Origin: a candidate division FCPU426 bacterium
GTDB taxonomy: Bacteria; Oederibacteriota; JAAXVQ01; JAUVAV01
DNA length: 64,000 bases
Assembly: GCA_030637655.1 (NCBI GenBank)
Contig: DAOWGI010000031.1
Coordinates: 9,588-73,587 of the forward strand
Direction of reading: 5' to 3'
The position numbers were made by a program, and so were the translations under genes. Of this stretch, positions 37,906 through 48,121 are shown piece after piece (the first letter of the stretch is position 1; every line of letters begins with the position of its first letter). A model generated the notes under the pieces. The model was not told the origin of the DNA and did no database searches. It saw nothing but the letters and a program-made list of their open reading frames with translations.

Positions 37906-38646
37906 ATGGCAAGTGTTAAAGCGGAATTACTATTGCATGTACAGCGTTTGAAACATTACCTGCGTAAGCGCATGCATAATGGCGAGCCGGCCACTGTGTT
38001 TCAAAAAATCCGGCCGGCTCAACCGGGCAGCTCAACTGCCGCGACGGCAGCTGCTTCCGGAAGCACAGCGGCAAAACTGTATTCGGAATTTGAGCAATTG
38101 GCACAGACTGTACAATCGTGCACTCAATGTAAATTGGCGCAAACACGAAAACACGTAGTTTTTGGCGAGGGGGATATACAGGCCAAATTGGTTTTTGTGG
38201 GTGAAGCGCCGGGAGTGGATGAAGATAGTGAAGGCCGGATTTTTGTGGGCGCGGCCGGCAAATTGCTTACCCGGATTATTGAATCTATCGGTCTGGCCAG
38301 AGAGGAAGTCTATATCTGCAATGTCTTGAAATGCCGTCCGCCGGGAAATCGAAATCCGGCTCCGGATGAAATTACAGCTTGCCAAAACTATTTGATCAAG
38401 CAACTTGAATTTTTACAGCCCAAACTCATATGCGTTCTGGGCACCTTTGCCGCGCAAACTCTGCTGGGATCACAGGAACCGATCGGACGTTTGCGAGGGA
38501 AAACGTATACCTATCAGAACATACCCGTGATACCTACCTTTCATCCGGCTGCACTGCTCTATCATCCACAGAATAAAAAATTGGTCTGGGAAGATATGAA
38601 ACGAGTGGCAAAAGCGTTGGGCATAACAATTTCTGCCAGAAAATAA
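37906..38646 (+). CDS. uracil-DNA glycosylase family 4 (Fe-S)
   Basis: CTQCKL, GEAPG, NVLKCRPPGNRNP, TFHPAALL. Confidence 0.93.
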   Translation: MASVKAELLLHVQRLKHYLRKRMHNGEPATVFQKIRPAQPGSSTAATAAASGSTAAKLYSEFEQLAQTVQSCTQCKLAQTRKHVVFGEGDIQAKLVFVGEAPGVDEDSEGRIFVGAAGKLLTRIIESIGLAREEVYICNVLKCRPPGNRNPAPDEITACQNYLIKQLEFLQPKLICVLGTFAAQTLLGSQEPIGRLRGKTYTYQNIPVIPTFHPAALLYHPQNKKLVWEDMKRVAKALGITISARK

Positions 38647-38729
38647 AATCCAATTCTTCATTAGACACTTAAAAAACGCATCATAACTATAATATTTACA
38701 GCAAAAACTAAACAACTACAATTTTGTTA

Positions 38730-38757
38730 TTGACATCCACTATATAATGGGTATTAT
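38730..38757 (+). promoter_or_regulatory. putative sigma70 promoter
   Basis: TTGACA-16bp-TATTAT upstream of the GGAGG RBS. Confidence 0.45.
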
Positions 38758-38796
38758 CGTAAAAAGGAGCACAATATAATAGGGAGGTTAGGATTT

Positions 38797-39897
38797 GTGA
38801 AAATCCGGTTCACTTCTTCTCCTTTTGATGATGACGGAACTCTCTTAAAAGCATTGCTTCTTTTTGTGTTGCTTATTATTATACTTGTTTTTCTTTTTGG
38901 GCCGCCGGTCTATCCTGTGCCAACAGGACGTACTGCAAATGTTCCTGGGATAATATTGTCTTCTAAAATTGTGCCTATCATGAAGATTACTACGAAACCA
39001 AAAGTTTTATACCTTGCGGAAAAATCCTCGTTTCCACCGGTGATTGCGAACACGCCTCAGCCAACACCAACTCCAGCCGGCGGCGGGATTCTGCATAAAA
39101 TTGCTTTTGCTTCCAACCGGGCTGATGGCCGGCATTATCAATTATATATGATGGATGCCAATGGAAAAAAAATGGAACGCTTGCATGAGTCCAATAGTTT
39201 TGATCGTGATCCGCATTTTTCCTATGACGGAACACGCTTGGCATTTACCTCGAACCGGACTGGGCGCTATCAAATTTACATTCTTGACTTAGCTACCCGG
39301 GCAGTGAAGCAGATTACGCACGGTAGAAACGATAAAACCAATCCCTTTTGGAGTCCGAACAATCAGCAAATTCTCTTTACCAGCCACAACCAGGAATCAG
39401 CTGAATTAGGCATCATGAACGCGGAAGGAACCGGTATCCGGCAGCTGACCAATGATTTTGGCCACAGCCATGGTTACGGGTTTTCACCCAATGGTAGTTG
39501 GATCTCTTTTGAATCGACCAGGAACAATCGGAATGAAATTTTTATGTATGACATTTTGGCTAAAACTTCAACACCTATTATTGCAAACGATGAGCTGACC
39601 TATCAGGGTGATCCGGTCTTCTCGCCGGCAGGCCGTAAACTGGTATTTACTTCCAATAATTCGGATAAAAATAAAAGGCAACTGTATATCTACGATCTGG
39701 ACTGGAAGAAATATTATCGAATTACGCATGATGATATGGATAAAGACGACCCGATTTTTTCGCCGGACGGATCAAAGATAGCCTATGTGGCGTGTTGGGA
39801 AAATGCCTGGAATATTTTCATCACGGACGCAGACGGCAAGCATGCGCGCAATGTGACCAAAAGCTATTATGACAATGTAGTCCCCAGTTGGCGTTAA
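38797..39897 (+). CDS. membrane-anchored TolB-like PD40 beta-propeller protein
   Basis: N-terminal TM; repeated P.FSPDG.KI.F.S.R motifs. Confidence 0.85.
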   Translation: MKIRFTSSPFDDDGTLLKALLLFVLLIIILVFLFGPPVYPVPTGRTANVPGIILSSKIVPIMKITTKPKVLYLAEKSSFPPVIANTPQPTPTPAGGGILHKIAFASNRADGRHYQLYMMDANGKKMERLHESNSFDRDPHFSYDGTRLAFTSNRTGRYQIYILDLATRAVKQITHGRNDKTNPFWSPNNQQILFTSHNQESAELGIMNAEGTGIRQLTNDFGHSHGYGFSPNGSWISFESTRNNRNEIFMYDILAKTSTPIIANDELTYQGDPVFSPAGRKLVFTSNNSDKNKRQLYIYDLDWKKYYRITHDDMDKDDPIFSPDGSKIAYVACWENAWNIFITDADGKHARNVTKSYYDNVVPSWR

Positions 39898-39968
39898 TTG
39901 TTCACAATCAGCTTGACGAAGTAGAAAAAGAGGCATAAAAAATATAGTGGGCTGTTGCTGCTTTCCGC

Positions 39969-40042
39969 GTAGAGACGCGATTAATCGCGTCTCTACAACA
40001 GATTGAAATAAAAGGTAGGGGCGCGATTAATCGCGCCCCTAC
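39969..40042. repeat. two perfect REP palindromes
   Basis: GTAGAGACGCGATTAATCGCGTCTCTAC; GTAGGGGCGCGATTAATCGCGCCCCTAC. Confidence 0.9.
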
Positions 40043-40077
40043 AAGATACTAAAAACTAAAGGGGGATAAAAGATTAT

Positions 40078-41424
40078 ATGAAAAAAGCGCTTGTTCTACT
40101 CACAGCACTGTTGTTACTGGTTGGCAGTGTAAACCCGGCGGATGCCAAGAAGGCCGAAAAAGCCGCAAGTAAAACCAGCACAGCGTATACACCACTCACT
40201 GCCGCGGAACAAATTACCGATATGACCGCTGGTTTTGCCTTCAATGGCGGGATTGATATTAAAATATTTGATATGGTAAATACGAATTATAGCGAGACTT
40301 CAGACTGGTATTTTTATCCGGTCTATCGCATGGCAGTGGCACAGGTTTTTGACAAGCGGAATTTTGGGTTGTATGCTGATATTGAGAAACCCGGTTATGC
40401 CAACATCACTTATCCCTTCATTAAAGTGAATGAACTCTATGCCAAATTTCAACAAGATACGTTTTATGTCAAACTCGGTCGTCAGGTGTTTGGCGACAAA
40501 GATGATCTCCTGCTGGGTCTGCAAAACGATGCTATTTCTCTGGGATTTGATCTGGGAACCACAGATCTCTTATTCTTCCTGGCCAGAACACAGATTACAA
40601 CTCCCTGGAATACGGGTGGGAATATTGAGAGTGTGATCGGATTTGTGCCGTATTTTGGTTTGGGTGATACGATGGGTCTGCGTGGTTATCTTTTGATTGG
40701 TATGGAGCCGATTACCATCACCACCGGGACCCCACCCGACACGTCGACCAAAGATACAGTCAACACCGCGATTCAGGCCGGAGGAAAATACTCCCTGGAT
40801 ATGCCGGTCGGATCCAACGGCACGTTCGATTTGGATGCTCAGTTGGGCATTCAATTCGGACTGGCTCGAACCGCCGGTGATGATTCCATTGATGCCATGG
40901 GTTTGGGTCTCAAGCTGGATGCCGCCTATGCTTCACAAGTTGAGACATTTGGATTTATGGTGGGCGCTCATGTTGTCTACACCAGCGGTGATCCGGATCC
41001 GGCAGTGAATACCAAATGCGGATTTGGAAGTTCTAATGCTTTGCCTGGTTCAGGTCCGGGATTGTTCTCGAAAATTCAGGATGGCGCCGGACCCTATACC
41101 TATTTGGACGGACACTTGGTAAGTGATAATAAAACCCAGAATTATGTTGGAGTGATGGCTCTGGGTGTGACAGGTGAATTTTCGTTTGGCGCCTGGAAAC
41201 CAGGTTTGGGGATCTGGATATATTCCAATACCGATGATGAGGGCAAGAGTCTGGGCACGGAATTGAACGAGTGGCTGATCTGGGAACTTTCCCAAGTGAT
41301 CTCTTTTTATCAGCAAGCCGCGCTCTTTATCCCCAATCGCGATGGTATTGGGTGGCCGCCCTCGCCGGCCGATGCTCCCAAGAGCGCGATGAAGCTATTG
41401 TTTGGCAGTTCCATTACTTTTTAG
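40078..41424 (+). CDS. putative outer-membrane beta-barrel (porin/alginate-export-like)
   Basis: Signal peptide; NELY..VKLGRQ, SGD, LGTELN motifs; C-terminal Phe. Confidence 0.7.
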   Translation: MKKALVLLTALLLLVGSVNPADAKKAEKAASKTSTAYTPLTAAEQITDMTAGFAFNGGIDIKIFDMVNTNYSETSDWYFYPVYRMAVAQVFDKRNFGLYADIEKPGYANITYPFIKVNELYAKFQQDTFYVKLGRQVFGDKDDLLLGLQNDAISLGFDLGTTDLLFFLARTQITTPWNTGGNIESVIGFVPYFGLGDTMGLRGYLLIGMEPITITTGTPPDTSTKDTVNTAIQAGGKYSLDMPVGSNGTFDLDAQLGIQFGLARTAGDDSIDAMGLGLKLDAAYASQVETFGFMVGAHVVYTSGDPDPAVNTKCGFGSSNALPGSGPGLFSKIQDGAGPYTYLDGHLVSDNKTQNYVGVMALGVTGEFSFGAWKPGLGIWIYSNTDDEGKSLGTELNEWLIWELSQVISFYQQAALFIPNRDGIGWPPSPADAPKSAMKLLFGSSITF

Positions 41425-41497
41425 TATCTTAGTTCTCAAATTCGTGCTTTTTATGGCGGAAAACTATTCGCCGTAAAGAGCGCAAAAATTTTTTTTT

Positions 41498-41590
41498 GAC
41501 AGGATAACAGGATTGATAGGATTTATTTAAAATCCCGTATATCCTGATAATCCTGTCAAAGATTTTCAGTTCCGGCTGGTCCGGGTTAGG
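41498..41590. repeat. GACAGGAT-type hairpin plus CCGGCTGGTCCGGGTTAGG tail
   Basis: GACAGGAT..ATCCTGTC inverted repeat; tail shared with the 140-bp repeat family. Confidence 0.7.
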
Positions 41591-41599
41591 AGTTGAATT

Positions 41600-42058
41600 A
41601 TGAATACGAAAGCTTGGTTACTTCTGTGGGGATTTTTTCTGTGTGCCGGGATTATGCTTAGCGCCGGTTGTTTTACCATGCCCACCTCACCGGCCTTGCT
41701 CACCAGTGGTGGTAGTGCTGACAGTAGCGGCGGTCACCATCATCCGGGAGATGACCCGGAGGGCGTGTTTGTGCCAACACCCACACCTGCTCCAACCTAT
41801 GGCGGGGGAACAGGCAATGGATCGATCAGCGGAACGGTTTCCAATTCCGCCGGCGGACAGATTATTGTTTTCGCGGTTCTCGGTAGCACGAGTGTTTTTG
41901 CAGAAGTGCACATTGTGGGAGACGGTCCGTTTACGCTTAGCGGTTTGTCTGACGGAGATTACGAGGTAACGGCGCTGGAAGGTACGAGTATGACCAATGA
42001 AGAACGGGTAACCATTAGTGGTGAAAATGCGGTCACCGATGTGCGTTTGAGTTTTTAG
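41600..42058 (+). CDS. putative lipoprotein with a carboxypeptidase-regulatory-like beta-sandwich
   Basis: Lipobox LSAGC; GSISGTV..G.FTLSGLSDGDYEVTA. Confidence 0.7.
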   Translation: MNTKAWLLLWGFFLCAGIMLSAGCFTMPTSPALLTSGGSADSSGGHHHPGDDPEGVFVPTPTPAPTYGGGTGNGSISGTVSNSAGGQIIVFAVLGSTSVFAEVHIVGDGPFTLSGLSDGDYEVTALEGTSMTNEERVTISGENAVTDVRLSF

Positions 42059-42204
42059 CCCGGGGAATTTTTGAAAGAGGGTAAAGGTTATATAAGGAAA
42101 AGCAAAAAGGCGATGGGTATGATGCTCATGTTTGCCCAAAACAATAGAAATCCGGCAATAATCTTTTGCCGTAAGCGGAAAATATAGCTGTGGCGGTAAA
42201 AATT

Positions 42205-42243
42205 AAGGGGCGGAAAGTGCGAAGCATTTTTCCGCCCCTTTTT
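42205..42243. terminator. intrinsic terminator-like hairpin
   Basis: AAGGGGCGGAAA..TTTCCGCCCCTT followed by a T-run. Confidence 0.5.
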
Positions 42244-42308
42244 GTTTTATATTTCGATCACTTACCGGATAAACATGGCGCTGTATTTTATAAAGGGGAA
42301 ATTATTTC

Positions 42309-44483
42309 ATGCTTGTTTTCGTTGCTTTAGCCATACCGCGTTTGCAACCGCTGACCTATAGCTGGCCGGAAAGCACTCCATTGCTTCCGGGTATGCGGGT
42401 TACGGTTCCTTTGGGGCGCAGGACAGTGGTGGGAGTAGTGGTTGGAGAGGCTGCGGAGAGCAAAGGCCGCGTGCTGAAAAATGTGATCAATACCTTGGAT
42501 GAGAAGCCGGCCCTAACCAAAGAGCTGCTCAAACTTGGCCGGTGGATGGCGGAGTATTATCAGTGTACCTGGGGTGAGGCTTTGGCAGCCATGCTGCCGG
42601 TTAATGTTCCGGTAAAAAAAATGGAGCGTTTCTCTATGGCTGCTCTTGCGCCGGAAAAACAGTTGTCGCGAGGTATTGCGCAACGGCTGGTGGAACGTTT
42701 ACAGGCCGGACCGTGCTTGCGTGCTGAGCTGTTGGAAGGGTTTTCAACCCAGGCTGCGCGTGTTTTGCAAAGCCTGATCAAACAGGGCTGGGTCCAATCT
42801 GAATTTATTTCTGTGCCGGCCAAGCCCGAACCGGTCTATTCCAGGCAACCGCGCACACGAAGTACGCCCTTGCAGCTGAATGACCATCAAGCCAAGGCGT
42901 TGAGCGCTATTCAATCGGCATTGCAGCGGCAAGAATATGCCGGTTTTCTTTTACACGGAGTGACTGGTAGTGGTAAGACAGAAGTCTATTTGCAGGCAAT
43001 CGCGCAGACTTTGGAACAAAAACGCGGGGCGATTTTTTTAGTACCTGAGATTTCACTCACACCCCAGACGCGCGCGCGCATCGCAGATCGTTTTGGCGCT
43101 CACGTAGAAGTCTTGCATTCCGGGATAACCACCAAAGAACGGAGTGGAGCCTGGAGGCGCATACGAGCAGGAACTTCCCAGGTCGTGTTGGGTGCGCGCT
43201 CAGCCATTTTTGCGCCAGTGCATGATCTGGGCTTGATTGTGGTAGACGAGGAATATGAGAGTTCTTACAAACAAGAGGACTCGCCCCGTTATCATGCCCG
43301 TGATATTGCTGCGGTGAGGGCCAAAGCCGGCCAGGCTGTGTTGGTTCTGGGGTCCGCTACACCAGCCGTTGAAACGTATTACAATGCGCAATTCGGAAAG
43401 TATCAATTATTGGAAATGCCCGAACGTGTGGATGCTAAGCAACTCCCAAAAGTTCGCATTGTGGACATGAGTCGTGAAATCAATCCGCAGCCCGGGTTGC
43501 CTATTTTTTCTCAAGTATTATTAGAGGAAATCGAGAAACGTCTGGATGCTAAAGAACAAAGTATTTTATTCTTGAATCGGCGCGGATATGCGCCTCTGGT
43601 GATGTGTCCGGAGTGCCGGCATATTTTGACCTGTCCGGATTGCAGTATCTCGCTGGTCTATCATCAATCCAGTGACCGCTTGCTGTGTCATAGCTGTGGA
43701 AAATCCCAGTCACCACGACCTGCTTGTCCCAAGTGCGGGACAGCTTGCATCCGTTTGGCTGGAGCCGGGACACAACGTGTGGAAGCAGAATTGCAAAAAT
43801 ATTTTCCTCGCGCCGGGATACTGCGTTTGGACCAGGACACAGTCCGCAAACGCGGGGTATTGGAAAAAATCATGGATCAATTTGGAAAAAGGCAAGGTGA
43901 TATTCTGGTAGGAACACAGATGGTAGCCAAAGGCATTGATTTTCCGGGCGTGACTTTAGTGGGCATTATATCCACAGATACGGCGCTGCATTTTCCGGAT
44001 TTTCGGGCGGAAGAAAGAACTTTTCAATTACTCGTACAAGTTGCCGGACGTGCCGGACGGGGTGGTAAGCCCGGCCTGGTCTTGGCACAAACACTCAACA
44101 GCGGGCATCCGATCATTGCTTTGGCACAAAAGCAGAATTATCTTGATTTTTACAACCGGGAAATTGAACAGCGCCGGGATCTTCTTTATCCGCCGTTTGC
44201 GCGTATGGCCAATATTATACTCCAAGGTAAAAATTCCACAGCTGTTCGGAATTTTGCCAAACGCGTGGTTGCAACAATGCGAAAATCAGCCGGCAAACGT
44301 GATATTATTCTCGGACCGGCGCCTTCGCCCAGAGAGCGAATCGCCCAAGAGAGTCGCTTTCAAATACTGGTTAAAAGTATTAACTACGCGGCCCGGAGCC
44401 GTGTTTTGAGTTCTGTGGCGCAAATTAAAGTGCCTTTTGGGATTCGTTTTATCGTAGATGTTGATCCGCAAAATATGTTATAA
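42309..44483 (+). CDS. priA: primosomal protein N'
   Basis: GVTGSGKTEVY, VPEISLTPQ, four CxxC pairs, GTQMVAKG.DFP, QVAGRAGR. Confidence 0.97.
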   Translation: MLVFVALAIPRLQPLTYSWPESTPLLPGMRVTVPLGRRTVVGVVVGEAAESKGRVLKNVINTLDEKPALTKELLKLGRWMAEYYQCTWGEALAAMLPVNVPVKKMERFSMAALAPEKQLSRGIAQRLVERLQAGPCLRAELLEGFSTQAARVLQSLIKQGWVQSEFISVPAKPEPVYSRQPRTRSTPLQLNDHQAKALSAIQSALQRQEYAGFLLHGVTGSGKTEVYLQAIAQTLEQKRGAIFLVPEISLTPQTRARIADRFGAHVEVLHSGITTKERSGAWRRIRAGTSQVVLGARSAIFAPVHDLGLIVVDEEYESSYKQEDSPRYHARDIAAVRAKAGQAVLVLGSATPAVETYYNAQFGKYQLLEMPERVDAKQLPKVRIVDMSREINPQPGLPIFSQVLLEEIEKRLDAKEQSILFLNRRGYAPLVMCPECRHILTCPDCSISLVYHQSSDRLLCHSCGKSQSPRPACPKCGTACIRLAGAGTQRVEAELQKYFPRAGILRLDQDTVRKRGVLEKIMDQFGKRQGDILVGTQMVAKGIDFPGVTLVGIISTDTALHFPDFRAEERTFQLLVQVAGRAGRGGKPGLVLAQTLNSGHPIIALAQKQNYLDFYNREIEQRRDLLYPPFARMANIILQGKNSTAVRNFAKRVVATMRKSAGKRDIILGPAPSPRERIAQESRFQILVKSINYAARSRVLSSVAQIKVPFGIRFIVDVDPQNML

Positions 44484-44579
44484 AAAAGCACGTTTTTTTT
44501 TTACATTTACATAAGTGTGCCTTGAAACTAAGGGAAAAGATGTTATATAATATAATGCTGGTTGAAGAAGGTGATTAAA

Positions 44580-45125
44580 ATGGCAATAGTACCGGTATGC
44601 ACGTGGGGTCATCCGGTTTTAAAAACTCGGGCCCAAAAAGTGGTTGAAATTACGGATGATATTCGTTGCTTGGTTCGGGATATGCAGGAAACCATGCAAG
44701 CACAAAACGGTGTCGGTTTGGCAGCCAATCAAGTTGGTGAAGCCATACGGATATTTGTGGTTGAAATTCCGCAAAAAACCACTGAGCCGATCCGTTATAC
44801 TTTGATTAATCCTGAATTGACGTACAAGAGTAAAACCAAAGAGAGTCAAGATGAAGGTTGTTTATCTTTTCCGGAAATATACGGTCCGGTTGAGAGGTTT
44901 TTGGAGGTGGAAGTGCGAGGTACGGATTTGGACAACCAACCGGTCGTGGTACGCGGGAGCGGATTGTTGGCGCGCGCCATGCAGCATGAATTGGATCATT
45001 TGGATGGTATGGTCTTTGTGGAGCGCATGAATATTGTGCACCGCCTGTGTCTGAAAAAACAATTGAAAGCCTTGGCGCAAAAGACCAAAGCCAGGTTGGC
45101 CGGACAAGGGATAAAGAAATATTAA
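44580..45125 (+). CDS. def: peptide deformylase
   Basis: GVGLAANQVG, EGCLS, QHELDHLDG. Confidence 0.97.
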   Translation: MAIVPVCTWGHPVLKTRAQKVVEITDDIRCLVRDMQETMQAQNGVGLAANQVGEAIRIFVVEIPQKTTEPIRYTLINPELTYKSKTKESQDEGCLSFPEIYGPVERFLEVEVRGTDLDNQPVVVRGSGLLARAMQHELDHLDGMVFVERMNIVHRLCLKKQLKALAQKTKARLAGQGIKKY

Positions 45126-45147
45126 TGGTGAAAAGAGAAAGGACGTT

Positions 45148-46110
45148 ATGCGTCCTCGTTTGATTTTTATGGGGACACCGGATTTCGGGGTTCCTACATT
45201 TCGGTATTTAGTGGAGAACCACTATCCGGTTGCAGCGGTGGTAACCCGTCCGGACAAACCCAAAGGACGCGGTTATCAATCGTCCGTGTCTGCTGTGAAA
45301 GCCATGGCCCTGGAATTGGGATTGCCGGTGTTGCAACCCTTGGATGTGAATCACCGGGAATTTTTAGAACAATTAAAGGCGTTACAAGCAAAGGTTATTG
45401 TAGTCGCGGCTTTTGGCCGGATTTTAAAAACGGAATTGTTGTACTTGTTACCCTTAGGCTGCATTAACCTGCATGGATCCTTGCTTCCCAACTACCGGGG
45501 AGCGGCTCCGATCCAGTGGGCAATCGCCCAAGGGGAAAAGGAAACCGGAATCACGGTTCAGATTATGGCGGAAGAAGTAGACAGCGGAGCGATTCTGGTG
45601 CAGCGAGCAATTCCGATCGGACCGGACGAGTGTTGTCAGGAGGTATACCAAAAATTGGCTGCTGTGGGAGGTCCGGCAACAGCAGAAGCATTGGAGAAGC
45701 TGGCGGAAAAGGGCAGGGCAGCCGGTATGGCTCAGGATGAGACCCAGGCTACTTTAGCACCCCGGCTGCGCCGGGAAGACGGCTGCCTGGACTGGACTCA
45801 GCCGGCAGAGCGGATTCATAATCGAGTACGTGCGTTTAATCCCTGGCCAGGCACCTATTCCTTTGCCAGGGGAAAACGATTGAAAATTATAACCACGCAA
45901 AGAGCAAAACGATCCCTGCCCAAAGACACACCTCCGGGAAGCATCCTGGAAGTGGACAATGCGACTGGGTGGTTGGTTGCCGCGGGACATGGTACCACGC
46001 TGCGAGTGGTGCGAGTACAATGCGACAATGCCAAAGAGATGGCGGCGCAATCTTTTACCTGCGGGTATCGTGTCGGAGTAGGTAGCGTGCTGGGACTAAG
46101 GAGGGAATAA
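45148..46110 (+). CDS. fmt: methionyl-tRNA formyltransferase
   Basis: FMGTPDF, NLHGSLLPNYRGAAPIQ, RAFNPWPG. Confidence 0.97.
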   Translation: MRPRLIFMGTPDFGVPTFRYLVENHYPVAAVVTRPDKPKGRGYQSSVSAVKAMALELGLPVLQPLDVNHREFLEQLKALQAKVIVVAAFGRILKTELLYLLPLGCINLHGSLLPNYRGAAPIQWAIAQGEKETGITVQIMAEEVDSGAILVQRAIPIGPDECCQEVYQKLAAVGGPATAEALEKLAEKGRAAGMAQDETQATLAPRLRREDGCLDWTQPAERIHNRVRAFNPWPGTYSFARGKRLKIITTQRAKRSLPKDTPPGSILEVDNATGWLVAAGHGTTLRVVRVQCDNAKEMAAQSFTCGYRVGVGSVLGLRRE

Positions 46111-46112
46111 AA

Positions 46113-46502
46113 GTGGCGTCAAAACGTATCATCATTGTGGACGATGATCCTGGTATAGTGGAATTGTTTCAGGATATTTTGGAAGGGAAGGGATACGAAG
46201 TCCAGACTTTTCATCGTGGTTGGGAAGCTTTGCAGGCAGTATCGCGTCAACGTCCGGATTTGATGATTCTGGATATCATGATGCCGCGGGTGAATGGTTA
46301 TGAAGTCTGTCAGATCATGAAAGAAAATCCCAAGACCAAACAAATTCCGGTTATTTTTTTGACCGCGCTTTCCCACCAGGAGGCGTTGCGCCTGGCAGCC
46401 GAAGGTGGCGCGGATGATTTTTTGGTAAAGCCATGTACTCCGGAGCGGTTGATCCGGCACGTGGAAAGGCATTTAAGTATGCTTAAAACCGAGGAAGAAT
46501 AG
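46113..46502 (+). CDS. single-domain response regulator (receiver)
   Basis: IVDDD, LDIMMP, FLTA, KP. Confidence 0.92.
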   Translation: MASKRIIIVDDDPGIVELFQDILEGKGYEVQTFHRGWEALQAVSRQRPDLMILDIMMPRVNGYEVCQIMKENPKTKQIPVIFLTALSHQEALRLAAEGGADDFLVKPCTPERLIRHVERHLSMLKTEEE

Positions 46503-46512
46503 AGGAAGCATA

Positions 46513-47223
46513 ATGGAACTGGACAAAATTCTCCACCAAGCGCAGGCAGAATTAAAAAAAAGTTTTGGCGATGATTTGGAAAGTCTTTTGGTGTATGGTT
46601 CAGCGGCTATTGGTGATTATACACCCGGTGTCTCGGATATAAATTTGTTGGTAGTGCTGAAAAGAGTAAACATTTATATTCTGGACAGTATGCGCGATTT
46701 CATGAAAAAAATGGGCCGGGCATTTGTGACCGCGCCGTTGGTGATGACCCGGGAGCACATTCGCACGTCAGCGGATGTTTTTCCCATTGAATTTTTGGAA
46801 ATCAAAGAGAAGCACCGTATGCTTATAGGTGAAGATTATTTTGCTGATCTGAAAATTGACATAAAAAACTTGAGGCACGAATGCGAGCATGAATTAAAGG
46901 GCCGGGTCATCCGAATCCGGCAGAGTTTTATAGAAGCCAAGGGATCGAGTCATGAATTGAAAGAACTGCTCATATCCGCACACACAGCCAATTTCCCGGC
47001 CTTTCGGACGGCCTTGCGGTTGAAAGAAGCAGCGCCGCCCATGAAAAAAGAGGAAGTGACTGCGGCCTTGTCCGTGCACTTTGACTTGGATGTGGAATTA
47101 TTTCATACCATCAAACGGCTCCGGATGCATGAGATCAAATTGAATGCGGGCAGCTTGCGTGAATTGATAGGTAAATATTTAAGTGAGGTTGAAAAACTTG
47201 CAGCCATTGTGGACCGTTTGTAA
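46513..47223 (+). CDS. nucleotidyltransferase-domain protein
   Basis: YGSAA.GDY..GVSDIN; DVFPIEF; adjacent to TPM/lemA. Confidence 0.85.
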   Translation: MELDKILHQAQAELKKSFGDDLESLLVYGSAAIGDYTPGVSDINLLVVLKRVNIYILDSMRDFMKKMGRAFVTAPLVMTREHIRTSADVFPIEFLEIKEKHRMLIGEDYFADLKIDIKNLRHECEHELKGRVIRIRQSFIEAKGSSHELKELLISAHTANFPAFRTALRLKEAAPPMKKEEVTAALSVHFDLDVELFHTIKRLRMHEIKLNAGSLRELIGKYLSEVEKLAAIVDRL

Positions 47224-47974
47224 AACCTTTTTTGCTGTTCTGCTCCTTTCCGTACTGCTTGTCAATCCGGTACCCGGAGCAACTGCCGCGAAGGCGCCTC
47301 AGGTGCCGCGACCAGTCGGTTTTGTAAATGATTATGCCCAGGTGCTTAGTGAACCGGCTAAAGCGCAACTAAATGCTCTCTCAACCAGTCTGGCGCAAGC
47401 TACCGGCGCGCAGATGGTTTTTGTGATTATGCCCAGCATTGCTCCTTACGATGAATTTACCTATGGCCAGGCTATTTTTGATGCTTGGGGCATTGGTCAA
47501 AAAGGCAAGGATAATGGACTCTTGTTTTTAATTGCCATCAAAGAAAAGCGTCTTCGTATTCATACGGGGTACGGTGTAGAGGGAGTGTTGCCGGACGGCA
47601 AGTTGGGACGTTATCGGGATGAATACTTGCGGCCCTATTTAAAGAAAAACGAGATAGGCGCCGGCTTGGCCAACATTGGTCTGGTCTGTGCTCAGGATCT
47701 GGCCCAAGAGGCCGAGGTACAGTTGAATATCAACGGAACACCAAAGCGGTTTCCGCGCCAAAAAAGTCAGGGGACCCCCGGGCGCCTGATTATCATGATT
47801 GTTTTATTGGTGTTCCTCAGTGTGATTTCGAGACTAAACCGGCGTCGTCGTTCTGTGACCGGTGCCTATATTCCAGGGGGCTACTATCGCAGCGGTGGCG
47901 GTGGTTTTGGTGGCGGCTTCTCGGGTTTTGGCGGCGGTTTTTCCGGTGGCGGCGGCGTGGGTGGCGGCTGGTAA
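47183..47974 (+). CDS. TPM-domain protein with a Gly-rich tail (start uncertain)
   Basis: VNDYAQVL, WGIGQKGKDNGLL, TGYGVEGVLPD, GGGFSGGGG. Confidence 0.9.
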   Translation: MRLKNLQPLWTVCKTFFAVLLLSVLLVNPVPGATAAKAPQVPRPVGFVNDYAQVLSEPAKAQLNALSTSLAQATGAQMVFVIMPSIAPYDEFTYGQAIFDAWGIGQKGKDNGLLFLIAIKEKRLRIHTGYGVEGVLPDGKLGRYRDEYLRPYLKKNEIGAGLANIGLVCAQDLAQEAEVQLNINGTPKRFPRQKSQGTPGRLIIMIVLLVFLSVISRLNRRRRSVTGAYIPGGYYRSGGGGFGGGFSGFGGGFSGGGGVGGGW

Positions 47975-48103
47975 AGAAAATTAACCGCCGATGAACGCCG
48001 ATAAACGCGGATATTTATAGCTTAAGGGATAAAAAAGATTTTTAATTTGCGTATATCGGCGTGCATCGGCGGCTAAATTTGGTTCCGGCTGGTCCGGGTT
48101 AGG
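47973..48103 (-). repeat. 140-bp dispersed repeat copy
   Basis: Reverse complement of the 37731 copy. Confidence 0.85.
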
Positions 48104-48121
48104 AAAAAAATAGGAGGTGTT

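Noticed and set aside
42100-42243. Riboswitch upstream of priA
   Set aside because: Only a terminator-like hairpin is clear; no recognisable aptamer consensus.
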